Of a stretch of DNA of 64,000 bases, positions 18,392 through 27,641 are shown piece after piece. Source of the stretch: an uncultured Acidobacteriota bacterium. GTDB taxonomy: Bacteria; Actinomycetota; Acidimicrobiia; Spongiisociales; ZC4RG35. Position 1 is the first letter of the stretch. Every line of letters starts with the position of its first letter. The stretch is from the NCBI GenBank assembly GCA_963720925.1, contig CAVRHE010000007.1, forward strand, positions 976,603-1,040,602, read 5' to 3'. The position numbers and the translations under genes were made by a program. Under the pieces are notes generated by a model. It had not been told where the DNA came from. It saw nothing but the letters and a program-made list of their open reading frames with translations, and ran no database searches.

Positions 18392-19334
18392 TCAGTGTTC
18401 GTCCATCGTAACGACGGCGTCCAACGCGGATCGGATGTCGTCGATGCCTGAAACTCTCTGCACCTCGGCGCCCTCTACCGTCCTGCGGGCCAGACCGGCA
18501 GTCACATCCCCCGGCCCCACGTGGAGGAACGTGTCGATCCCGGCAGCTGACATGTCCAGCAGAGAGTCGGAGAAAAGGACTGGCTCGACCATCTGACGGG
18601 CGAGAAGATCACCGATCTCACGGCTCTCATGCCGTCTCGCGGTTGTGTTGGACCAGACCGGGAACCGGGGCTCGGACATCTCGATTGTCTCGAGAGCAGC
18701 CCTCAACTCCTCCTGGGCGGGGATCATGAACTGGCTGTGAAATGCCCCCGCCACCTTGAGGGGCACAACGCGCCGGATACCGAACGTCGAGCCGCTCTCG
18801 GCCAGCCACTCGATATCGTCGCTGCCACCGGCGACGACGATCTGGCCCGGGGCATTGAAATTGGCCACCTCCAACCTGCCACCCAGCTCTCTTCGAGCCC
18901 GGGTCACCTCGACGGCCTGATCCCGGTCGGCGCCGATCAGGGCAGCCATCCCCGAGCCCTCCCGGTCTGCGGCGCGGGCCATGGCCTTACCCCTCAGCGA
19001 TACGAGGCGGAGAGCAGTGTCGAAGTCGAGGACTCCGGCTGCGGCCGAGCGCGGTGTACTCGCCCAGGGAATGGCCGGCAGCGCCGCCAGGGGCCAGGTC
19101 GTTCTCTGCAACGACCATCTCCCAGAGTGCGAAGGAAACGGCGAAGAGCGCGGGCTGGGCGTACTGGGTTCGGGTGAGCTCCTCCTCGGGGCCGTCCAGG
19201 CACAAGGTCCGCAGGGAGAAACCGAGGATCTCGTCGGCGCGGTCCCCGAGCAGGTCGTCCCTCGCATCGAAGAGGTCGGCACCCATGCCAATGGTCTGGC
19301 TCCCCTGGCCCGGGAACAGGATTCCGACACTCAC
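18392..19334 (-). pseudogene. fabD: Malonyl-CoA:ACP transacylase with one frame break just after the active-site Ser
   Basis: Frame A reads MSVGILFPGQGSQ...AAGHSLGEYTAL. Frame B continues AAAGVLDFDTALRLVSLRGKAM...NAPGQIVVAG...AGAFHS. Junction near 19043-19048. Confidence 0.88.
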
Positions 19335-19364
19335 CAGGATCAGACTCGGTCTGGCCGTCGCTCG

Positions 19365-20389
19365 TTACGGCAGGATCGAGAGAAGACGCTCCACGTCCGA
19401 GGAGTCGACGTCGCGGTGGGTGACGATCCGCCAGCCCCCGGCGAGGGGAGGATTGACCTTGATGCCGCTGCCGTCCAGGCGTACTTTCATGTCCTCCCAC
19501 TCGATGCCAAATGCGCCGAATTGGGCCCTGACCATGTTGGTCTCCACCAGGGAAGGGTCCAATGCGTCGGGGAATCGCTCGGCGATCGCGTCGCCCAGCT
19601 GACGCGCCAGTGCATGGTCCTCGGTGAGGCGATCACGTCCGGCCAGGGCCACGCGGGCCGCAGCGGCAATCACGCCGGCCTGACGCATCCCACCACCGAG
19701 TCTCTTGCGGAGATACCGGATCTCGGAGATGAGATCGGCCGGGCCGCAGACGATCGAACCGACCGGCGCCCCCAGCCCCTTCGAGAAGCAGAACTGGATG
19801 GTGTCCGACACTGCTGCAAATCGATCGGCGGGCACACCGGTGGCGGCAACAGCATTGAAGATCCTGGCCCCATCGACATGGATCCGGAGACCGTGCGCCC
19901 GAGCCACCGCGGAGGTCTTCTCCATGACGTCGATGGGGATGACCCTGCCTCCGGACAGGTTGTGGGTGTTCTCCCACACCATCAGGCCGATCCTGGGGAA
20001 GAACCCGGACATGGCCATCGCCCGCTCCACGTCCTCGGGCTCGATCCGGCCACCGTCCCCGCTCACAGTGCGAAACCCGACACCGGACAGGGCTTGGGGA
20101 GCTCCTGCCTCGATGCTGCGGACATGACTCCCCTCGTGGGCGAGGACCTCCTCGCCCGGGTTGGTCTGCGCCATGATGGACAGTTGGTTCCCCATCGTCC
20201 CGGTCGGCACGTAGATGGCGGCCTCCATGCCCGTCACCGCTGCCGATTCCTCTTCCAATGATTGACGGTGGGGTCGTCGGAGTACACATCGTCTCCGAGT
20301 GGCGCCGATGCCATCGCATCGATCATTTCCCGCGTGGGACGGGTCACGGTGTCAGATCGAAAATCGGCGATGCCGTCCGTGAAAGGCAT
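19365..20389 (-). pseudogene. ltaE: Low-specificity L-threonine aldolase with one frame break
   Basis: Own translation from ATG 20389 gives [43 protein letters not shown], then a frame change at about 20259-20261 into [25 protein letters not shown]...FCFSKGLGAP (PLP Lys). Confidence 0.85.
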
Positions 20390-20398
20390 GCGACCAGG

Positions 20399-21586
20399 CT
20401 ACAGACGGTCGAGAGCCTGCCCGATCCGGGCCACGGCCTCCTCGATCCGAGCCGCTTCCTCCACCAGGGCAAATCGGACGAAGCCCTCGCCGCTCGGGCC
20501 GAAGCCAATTCCGGGACTGACGGCCACCCCCGCCGCATCGAGGATGTGAATGGCGAAGTCGGCCGAACTCAGGTCCTCGTAGGGGCCCGGTATCGGTGCC
20601 CAAACAAACATCGTCCCCCGCGGGCGATCCATTTTCCAGCCGAGATCGGCCAGACCGTCGACCAGGATGTCCCGGCGCTCCTGATAGACGACGTTCACGT
20701 TTTCGACGAACTCGTCGCCCTCGTCCAACGCGGCGGCAGCGGCGATCTGGATCGGCTGGAAGGTCCCGTAGTCGAGGTAGCTCTTCAGCTTGCCCAGGGC
20801 TGCGACCACCTCCGGGTTACCCACCACGAAGCCGACCCGCCAGCCCGCCATGGAATGGCCCTTGGTCAACGAGTAGATCTCCACTGCGACTTCCTTTGCC
20901 CCCTGAACCTCGAGCAACGAGGGAGGTCGATAACCGTCGAAGCCGAGGTCGGCATAGGCGAAGTCGTGGACGAGGACGACTTCGTTCTCCCGGGCCAAAT
21001 CGACGAGTCGCTCGAAGAATCCGAGGTCAACGGTGGTGGCGGTTGGGTTGTGGGGGAAACTGACGATGATCACTCTTGGCCGGGGCCACGAGTCGTGGAA
21101 CATCCGATGCACCACGTCGAAATAATCGGCCTCGGATCCGATCGGGGCAGTTCGCACCTCCGCACCGGCGATCACCGGGGCGTAGATGTGGATGGGATAA
21201 GAGGGATCAGGGACGATTGCGGCGTCCCCGGGCTGGAGAAGGGCCCACATCAGATGGGACAGACCTTCCTTGGATCCAATCGTGGAGATGACCTCGGTCT
21301 CCGGGTCCAGTTCGACCCCGAAGCGGCGGCGATACCGCCCCGCCAGCGCCTCTCTCAGGTCATCGATGCCACGTGAAGCGGAATACCGATGGTTGGCGGG
21401 GTGCCTCGCTGCGTCGACGAGGGTGTCGACAGCGATTTCCGGGGACGGGATGTCAGGGTTGCCGAAACCGAGATCGATCACGTCGACCCCGGCGAGACGG
21501 GCCTCGACTTTGCGCCGGTTGACCTCGGCAAAGGCGTAAGGAGGCAACGAGCCGATCCGTCTGAAGTCGATCATGAGACAGGTCAA
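20399..21586 (-). CDS. Class I/II pyridoxal-phosphate aminotransferase (alanine/aspartate type)
   Basis: 395 aa with [22 protein letters not shown] and [14 protein letters not shown] (PLP Lys region). Confidence 0.85.
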   Translation of the reverse strand: MTCLMIDFRRIGSLPPYAFAEVNRRKVEARLAGVDVIDLGFGNPDIPSPEIAVDTLVDAARHPANHRYSASRGIDDLREALAGRYRRRFGVELDPETEVISTIGSKEGLSHLMWALLQPGDAAIVPDPSYPIHIYAPVIAGAEVRTAPIGSEADYFDVVHRMFHDSWPRPRVIIVSFPHNPTATTVDLGFFERLVDLARENEVVLVHDFAYADLGFDGYRPPSLLEVQGAKEVAVEIYSLTKGHSMAGWRVGFVVGNPEVVAALGKLKSYLDYGTFQPIQIAAAAALDEGDEFVENVNVVYQERRDILVDGLADLGWKMDRPRGTMFVWAPIPGPYEDLSSADFAIHILDAAGVAVSPGIGFGPSGEGFVRFALVEEAARIEEAVARIGQALDRL

Positions 21587-21652
21587 AGTAGCTCAGGACG
21601 CGAAAACCCCGATTCATTGTCCTGCGGAGGGTGTCGGCAGGATGCGGGTGAG

Positions 21653-22084
21653 CTACCCCGAGATACGATCCAGGGCTTGGCGGAGACGGTTGGGGATGAT
21701 GCTACGGGTCACCCCGGTCACCTCCCGGATCATCGCGAGCAGGTCACCGGGGCCGTCCCAGTGTTCGGCAACGATCTCGGGGCCGGAGCGCTCGATCAGC
21801 GAGTCGATGGCGAACAACATGAAGAGCACATCGTCAGCCCAACCGATCACCGGGATGAATTCGGGGACGAGATCGATGGGGCTCGCCACGTACACCGCGG
21901 CCAGCCCGAGGGCGACCTTGGAGCGGCGGGGCACCCGCGGGTCCTTGAGCAGCCGACCCACCAGCTTGACGAGGTTCGGCAGCATGAGCACAGCGTCCCT
22001 GGCCATCAGGCGGGCTTGCATCGACGGTCCGCCTTCCGGCGGGATCAATTCGTCGGGCCTGATGGGGTGTGGTCCCTCTGTCAT
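21653..22084 (-). CDS. DUF1232 (YkvA-like) membrane protein
   Basis: Starting at ATG 22084 gives ...YVASPIDLVPEFIPVIGWADDV (DUF1232 core). The start overlaps the stop of the 62-aa ORF (ATGA). Confidence 0.7.
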   Translation of the reverse strand: MTEGPHPIRPDELIPPEGGPSMQARLMARDAVLMLPNLVKLVGRLLKDPRVPRRSKVALGLAAVYVASPIDLVPEFIPVIGWADDVLFMLFAIDSLIERSGPEIVAEHWDGPGDLLAMIREVTGVTRSIIPNRLRQALDRISG

Positions 22085-22269
22085 TCGATCTCGATCCTGG
22101 TTCGTGGCGGCTCTTCCGTTTCGGGGGCTTCTTTGTCGCCGATCCTGCTCACCTCTTCGAACACCGCCTCGACGGCCTTGAGGCCTTCGATCACCGCTTG
22201 GATCAGGTGATATCCGGCCCGGCGTCCGGCTCGGCCCAGAGCCTGCATGGCCTCCGATTGCTCTCTCAT
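22081..22269 (-). CDS. Hypothetical 62-aa protein
   Basis: Both ends are in ATGA overlaps, with the ArsA-like gene upstream and DUF1232 downstream. Helical, charged composition. Confidence 0.5.
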   Translation of the reverse strand: MREQSEAMQALGRAGRRAGYHLIQAVIEGLKAVEAVFEEVSRIGDKEAPETEEPPRTRIEIE

Positions 22270-23444
22270 GACCTGGCGTCCGGATCGGCGAACGAGACCG
22301 TGAGCGTGCCCTCATCGAGGCGTGCCCGGGTCACTTCCCTGCGATGAAGGGCATCGGGCAGTATGAAAGACCGGCGGTAGGGACCGACCTGGATGTACAG
22401 CTCATGACCGTGCCTGTAAACGTCGAGATCTGTCTTATCGACGAATGGTATGTCCATCTCCATTGCCACACCTCCATCTACCTCGATTATGCGGAATGGA
22501 TGGGTTGCCGTGAAATCGAAGATCGGGTCTCGTTGCCCGTAGAGCTCACCCGCCATGTAGCGCAATCGATCGATTCCAACCATCTCATCGTCGAACAACC
22601 GGAGATGAAGACGGGGCACCTCGGCGAAGGCGTCATCCACTGCGTCGAGATGGCCCTTCTGAATGGCTCGCCACCGCTCGAAATACGGATCGGCCACTTG
22701 CTCGGGCAAGACCCGATTGACGATCACGCCATCCACCCCGTAACCGAACAAGCCCAGGTAGCTGTAGGTGCGCCGGGCCTCGTCGATGACCATCTTCTCG
22801 GGGTTCACCACCAGCCGGGCCGAGGTGACGCTTGGGTCCGACATCAACTCCTTGACCCCTTCGATCGACTCGAAGACCGATTGGGCCGCGGTGAATACCT
22901 CGTCTTGGGGCAGCGGAAGGTCGGTGAGCCGGCTGAGGATCGGCCGTGCTGCCTTCATGAGGCGCCGCTCGGTTGGGAGGACTTTCTCGAAGTACCAACT
23001 CAGGACCTCGGGAAGGGAGAGCAGGCGCAAGGTCTCCGCGGTCGGAGCGCAATCGACGACGATCACGTCGTATTGCCCGGATCGGGCGTGACGATTCACC
23101 TCGAGAAGGGCGAATAGCTCGTCCATCCCCGGGAAGACCAGGAACTCCTCGGCCTCGATCCCGCCGGCGCCCCCCCAATCGAGGACATTCATCAGTTGGC
23201 GGCGGATCGAGCCCCAGTAGCGGTCGAGTTGACGCTGGGTGTCGATCTGCTGCCCGTCGAGGTTGGGCACGACCTGACCCGGTTCGGATCCCAGGCCCAC
23301 CGCTAGGGCGTCGGCCAGCGAATGTGCGGGGTCGGTGGAGGTGATGAGGGTCCGATGTCCCGAATCGGCAGCCCGCAGGGCGGTAGAGGCGGCGACGGTC
23401 GTCTTGCCAACGCCTCCCTTGCCGGTGATGAGGACGATTCTCAT
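22266..23444 (-). CDS. ArsA/Get3-family ATPase with C-terminal HSP20-like domain
   Basis: 392 aa with the deviant Walker A GKGGVGKTT and STDPAHSLAD. The C-terminal ~90 aa (FRIIEVDGGVAMEMDIPF...GTLTVSF) resemble an alpha-crystallin fold. Confidence 0.85.
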   Translation of the reverse strand: MRIVLITGKGGVGKTTVAASTALRAADSGHRTLITSTDPAHSLADALAVGLGSEPGQVVPNLDGQQIDTQRQLDRYWGSIRRQLMNVLDWGGAGGIEAEEFLVFPGMDELFALLEVNRHARSGQYDVIVVDCAPTAETLRLLSLPEVLSWYFEKVLPTERRLMKAARPILSRLTDLPLPQDEVFTAAQSVFESIEGVKELMSDPSVTSARLVVNPEKMVIDEARRTYSYLGLFGYGVDGVIVNRVLPEQVADPYFERWRAIQKGHLDAVDDAFAEVPRLHLRLFDDEMVGIDRLRYMAGELYGQRDPIFDFTATHPFRIIEVDGGVAMEMDIPFVDKTDLDVYRHGHELYIQVGPYRRSFILPDALHRREVTRARLDEGTLTVSFADPDARS

Positions 23445-23446
23445 GC

Positions 23447-23887
23447 TCAGACCGAGCCCGTGACCCTCTTGCGCAGTCCCCGCAGTGCTGTGGTCACGAT
23501 CTGCTTCTCAGCCTGCCGGCGGAGAAAGCCGGGGATGGTGAAGTTCGGCTCCACAGTGAGTGCGTACACGACTTCGGTGGCTCCGTCGACATCGTTGAAC
23601 GTGTAGGACCCCTCGAGCATTCGCACGTCCTTGGAATCTTCCTCAGCCACCCAACTGAGCACATTGGGTCGATCGTGCGTGTATCGAAGGACGTACTCGA
23701 TCTCCTTGACGAAGCCCTCCAGGACGAAGCGAGCCCTTTCGACGAGGCCCTCCGGAGTGCTCTCCAGGACCTCGACCTCCTTGACCCCGGTTGCCCATTC
23801 CGGGTACGAGGCGATGTCCGCAGCAACGTCGTACAGGGCTTCAGCTGGTGCGTCGATCTCGAGGGTCTGAAATGTTCCTTCGGTCAT
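23447..23887 (-). CDS. SRPBCC (cyclase/dehydrase-like) family protein
   Basis: 146 aa. LYDVAADIASYPEWATGV resembles the polyketide-cyclase/SRPBCC N-terminus. Lies 2 nt upstream of the ArsA-like gene. Confidence 0.7.
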   Translation of the reverse strand: MTEGTFQTLEIDAPAEALYDVAADIASYPEWATGVKEVEVLESTPEGLVERARFVLEGFVKEIEYVLRYTHDRPNVLSWVAEEDSKDVRMLEGSYTFNDVDGATEVVYALTVEPNFTIPGFLRRQAEKQIVTTALRGLRKRVTGSV

Positions 23888-23904
23888 GGGTGGGCGATCG
23901 GAGG

Positions 23905-24693
23905 TTAGCCGCCTGCGGCCTGCTCGAGATCGGCGGGATGGAAGGCAACTGCTCGCTCAGTAGCTCGAAAATAGCCCACATTTCGGCATCGGGTGGGCCC
24001 GACCCGCCACCTGCTCGCCTGGGGTTGGTGAACATCGCCGAACAAGTGCAAACGGGGGCGACTGGCCCGGATGTAGTCGAGCAGAGGGGCAGAGCCGCGC
24101 TCGGCGCGCCCGGTCACCACATCCGTTTGCAACGGATCCAGGGCCGGCGCGACATGGGTGCAGAGGACATCCACCTCCCCAATCGATTCGAGGAGCCGGC
24201 TCATTTCCTCGTCGGGAACCTCACCTTCGGCCTGGAGTGGCGTAGCCGACCCGCCCCCGACAAACCCAAAGCGCAGGCCCTCCAGCTCTCGGGTCTGCCC
24301 ATGCACGTACTCGTAGCCGGGAGGCAGGGACTTCTCCAGTGGCCCGGGGCGATCGACGTTGCCATGGATCACATACCCGTGCCCACCCTCGAGGGCCTCG
24401 GCCACCCTTGCATATTGCTCCTCGATTGCCTCGCCGATGGCAACGCGTATCTCGTCGATGCGGTCGCCCACCGTCTCCAGCCAGAGTCCCCGCATCCGCT
24501 GATAGTCACCGGCTCCGCGTGCCGATGCCGACGCCCGTGCGAACTCCATGCCCAACACGTCGGCCACGGCTCCTTCACCGGTCCGATAATCGGTGAGATT
24601 CACCAGATCGCCGAGTATGAGCAATGTCTCGCCAGTGGCCACCACCCGTCGCAGCGGCTCGGTTGCGAAGTGGATGTCAGACAGGACCAGCAT
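23905..24693 (-). CDS. Metallophosphoesterase
   Basis: Starting at ATG 24693 gives MLVLSDIHF, GDLVN, HGNVD and GDVH motifs. The track ORF upstream of this start looks non-coding. Confidence 0.75.
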   Translation of the reverse strand: MLVLSDIHFATEPLRRVVATGETLLILGDLVNLTDYRTGEGAVADVLGMEFARASASARGAGDYQRMRGLWLETVGDRIDEIRVAIGEAIEEQYARVAEALEGGHGYVIHGNVDRPGPLEKSLPPGYEYVHGQTRELEGLRFGFVGGGSATPLQAEGEVPDEEMSRLLESIGEVDVLCTHVAPALDPLQTDVVTGRAERGSAPLLDYIRASRPRLHLFGDVHQPQASRWRVGPTRCRNVGYFRATERAVAFHPADLEQAAGG

Positions 24694-24988
24694 CGGACCC
24701 TGACTGATGACGTGAGGCGTACCAGGCCCACAGAGCGCCGGCCGCCGCGCCAACGACGGCGATGAGCAGCGCGACCTGCCAGGTGAAGTCGAGTGTGGAG
24801 AACTCGGCCGAGAGGCCTGCCATGCCGAAACCGACCAGAGCTCCGATCGCTGCCCTCCCCCCGCTACCGATCCGGCGGCCCGGGTCCTTCTCCTCCCGAT
24901 CGACGTTCTCGGCGAAGGCACCCCCGAGGATGACGACGATGAGCCCGATCACACCAAGGGCGAGAGCGATCGAATAGACCTTGACCAT
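24677..24988 (-). CDS. Hypothetical membrane protein
   Basis: 103 aa with three hydrophobic helices. Confidence 0.5.
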   Translation of the reverse strand: MVKVYSIALALGVIGLIVVILGGAFAENVDREEKDPGRRIGSGGRAAIGALVGFGMAGLSAEFSTLDFTWQVALLIAVVGAAAGALWAWYASRHQSGSDAGPV

Positions 24989-25018
24989 GTCGGGGCGAGG
25001 GTAATTGCCCGACGGCTC

Positions 25019-25207
25019 TCAGCCTGCCCGTCTCTCCGTGGGAACCAGGCGCAGTCGCGGCACCAAACCCTCCCCGGCCAGGTTGGCCAGTGCATTGACC
25101 TCGGACTCGTCGAGGTCCACCGGGCCGTCCGACAGGAGAAAGGTGACCACGCAGTCGTCGCAGGCGCTGGTGCCTTGCATCGCGCATTGCTCGCAATCGA
25201 TCAGCAT
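25019..25207 (-). CDS. Hypothetical 62-aa Cys-rich protein (CxxC...CxxC)
   Basis: MLIDCEQCAMQGTSACDDCVV places four Cys in the first 19 residues. Confidence 0.5.
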   Translation of the reverse strand: MLIDCEQCAMQGTSACDDCVVTFLLSDGPVDLDESEVNALANLAGEGLVPRLRLVPTERRAG

Positions 25208-25279
25208 CTCGTACCTCCTGATGAAGAAGGTACGAGACGCCAGTGACAGATTTGATGCGCGCGTTGTCTTCGGCGACCT

Positions 25280-26203
25280 CTACTCCAAGAACCCGTTCTC
25301 GGTGAGCCACTCCTCGGCAATCAGCGCCGGGTCCTCCTGTTCGAGGTCGGCCCGCGCGTTCATCGCAGTGAGATCCTCGGTCGTGAGCGCCTCCGAGTAC
25401 GAGTCGAGCAGCGCCACCAGATCGTCGCCGTAGACCTCGACCACCTCGGTGCGGATCGCCGGCACGATGTTCTCTGCCGGGTTGAGGCCCATGTCGTCTT
25501 CCAAAGAGACCCAATCGTTCGCAGCGATGACACCCGAGGTGGTGAAGAGCAGGCCGACGTCGATCTCTCCACCTTCCAGGGCGGCAACCGTGATCGGGCC
25601 GCCGGCGTCGAGAGGAACGAACTCGGCGAACTCGAGCCCGTAGACCTCCTGAAGTCCTGGCAGGCAGAGCGGCCGTTCGGGGCACTCAGGTGGGCCGCCG
25701 AAGATCAGGTCGCCGGCCACCGGCTCGAGATCGGACACCGTCGACAACCCGTGCTCCTCGGCGGTCTCACCGGTCACCACATATGCGTTCTTGTCTTGGG
25801 CGGGGCTGTAGGCGAGGAGAGTCACTCCCAACTCCTCGAACGCGGTTCGTGCCGACTCCCACATGGCGTCCGGGTCGGACGACTGCTCGACCTCGAGGAA
25901 CCCGCCGAAGGATCCGGTGTACTCGGGGACGAGATCGATGTCGCCTTCCTCCAAAGCGGGCTTGACCACCTCACGGTTGCCGAGGTTGAGCTGTCGCTCC
26001 ACCGTGTACCCGTTCGCCTCCAGGCCCTGAGCGTAGATCTCCGCCACTATCACCGATTCGTTGAAATTGAACGAGGCGACCTTTATCGGGTCGCCCTCGG
26101 GCACGCTGCCCTCTTCGGCGCCGTCACCCGACCCACAGGCCGTGGCAACTAGTGCCAGACCGAGGATCGCCCCAACGGCGCGAGCGCGGAAAGGTCTCCG
26201 CAT
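25280..26203 (-). CDS. Glycine betaine/choline-type ABC transporter substrate-binding lipoprotein
   Basis: 307 aa with lipobox LVATAC. OpuBC/ProX-like sequence. Last gene of a four-gene ABC operon. Confidence 0.8.
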   Translation of the reverse strand: MRRPFRARAVGAILGLALVATACGSGDGAEEGSVPEGDPIKVASFNFNESVIVAEIYAQGLEANGYTVERQLNLGNREVVKPALEEGDIDLVPEYTGSFGGFLEVEQSSDPDAMWESARTAFEELGVTLLAYSPAQDKNAYVVTGETAEEHGLSTVSDLEPVAGDLIFGGPPECPERPLCLPGLQEVYGLEFAEFVPLDAGGPITVAALEGGEIDVGLLFTTSGVIAANDWVSLEDDMGLNPAENIVPAIRTEVVEVYGDDLVALLDSYSEALTTEDLTAMNARADLEQEDPALIAEEWLTENGFLE

Positions 26204-26292
26204 GGGTATCTCCTTCTTCTAGGTTGGAAACAGGCCCTGTCTTTCCACCAGGGCCCACCCGGCAAACCGTATTGCGTTTCGCCAGATTCCCG

Positions 26293-26979
26293 TTAGCGCG
26301 CCCGCCTCGACCCTCGCGGGGCCGTCGACCTCTGTAACGCCGAAAGACCCAGCTCTGCTGTGATCGCCAGCGCGCCAACGAGGACGGCCCCCACGATCAA
26401 CCGTCCCATGTCCTGTCGGGCGAACCCGTCCACGATGTATCTCCCCAGGCCTCCCCAGGCGACGAGGGCTCCCAGGGTGGCGGTGGCGATGACCTGCACG
26501 AAGGCGATGCGTAGTCCCTCCATCATCAGCGGCATCGACAGCGGGAGCTCGACACCGGTCACCACCTCTCGCTCCGTCAGGCCCATGCCGCGGGCAGACT
26601 CGACGGTCGCGGGTTCCACTGCCTGAATCCCCGCCACGGTGTTGGTGAACATCGGAGGGGCGGCGAGGGCGATCAAGGCCACCAGGACCGCCCATGGCTC
26701 ACCCACGCCGGCGCCCATCTCCACCAGGATCAGGAAAGCCACGGCCAGGATCCCGAAAGAGGGAACCGCCCGGCCGATGTTGATCACGGCCGTGGCGACG
26801 CCCGATCCGCGCCGTATGTGGCCCAGCCATACCGCCAAAGGCAGCACCAGCAGCGCGGCGATCATCACTGCCGCGACCGAGACCCAGATGTGCTCCCCGA
26901 GCCTGGCCCAGATCGAGTCCGGCCCCGACCATGTGGTGGGCTCAGAGAGGAACTCCTGGACCGACTCCCACGTCGTCAT
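26293..26979 (-). CDS. ABC transporter permease (osmoprotectant type)
   Basis: 228 aa, polytopic. Operon context with a CBS-containing ATPase. Confidence 0.8.
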   Translation of the reverse strand: MTTWESVQEFLSEPTTWSGPDSIWARLGEHIWVSVAAVMIAALLVLPLAVWLGHIRRGSGVATAVINIGRAVPSFGILAVAFLILVEMGAGVGEPWAVLVALIALAAPPMFTNTVAGIQAVEPATVESARGMGLTEREVVTGVELPLSMPLMMEGLRIAFVQVIATATLGALVAWGGLGRYIVDGFARQDMGRLIVGAVLVGALAITAELGLSALQRSTAPRGSRRAR

Positions 26980-27641
26980 CCGGCCCTCCGTGCCCAGGGG
27001 CTGAGCAATCTCTGCAGGAGGAGAAACCCGATGTCCAGAACGGTCGCCAGCACGACCGATAGAACGACCCCAACCAGGATCTGGGTCCAGAAGAACGTGT
27101 TGAGCCCTCGAAGGATGAAATACCCGTAGCCACCGAGACCGAGCACCGCCGTCACCGTCACCAGTCCGACTGTGGTCACCGTGGCGATGCGGAGGCCGGC
27201 GATGATCACCGGAAGAGCCAGCGGCACCTCCATTCTCCAGAACCTGGCGCGCCGCGTGTAGCCCATCCCATCGGCCGCCTCCAATACGGCATCAGGGACA
27301 CCGTCGATGCCGGCCACCAGGTTCCGGATGATGATGAGCAGGGTGTAGGAGGTGAGGGCAATCACCGCATTGGTGGCGTTGAGCCCGACGACGGGCACCA
27401 ACAGGGCAAAGAGGGCGAGTGACGGGATCGTGTAGAGCAGGCCCGTGGCCCATGTGATGGGCGTGTAGGCCCAGCGCCAGCGGAGCGCGACGATCGCCAT
27501 CCCGACGGAGATGACCAGGCCGATTCCGACCGAGACCGCGGTCAGGCTGAGGTGCTGCCAGGTCCGGTCTGCGATCTCCCCGACGTTCCGAGCGATCCAG
27601 TCCCAGTCGATCAGTGGAGATGCCTGTCCGACGACGCTCAT
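26976..27641 (-). CDS. ABC transporter permease (osmoprotectant type)
   Basis: Start placed at ATG 27641 (MSVVGQASPL...), overlapping the ATPase stop (ATGA). Polytopic. Confidence 0.8.
   Translation of the reverse strand: MSVVGQASPLIDWDWIARNVGEIADRTWQHLSLTAVSVGIGLVISVGMAIVALRWRWAYTPITWATGLLYTIPSLALFALLVPVVGLNATNAVIALTSYTLLIIIRNLVAGIDGVPDAVLEAADGMGYTRRARFWRMEVPLALPVIIAGLRIATVTTVGLVTVTAVLGLGGYGYFILRGLNTFFWTQILVGVVLSVVLATVLDIGFLLLQRLLSPWARRAG

Noticed and set aside
18981-20261. 426-aa plus-strand ORF
   Set aside because: It is antisense to fabD and ltaE.
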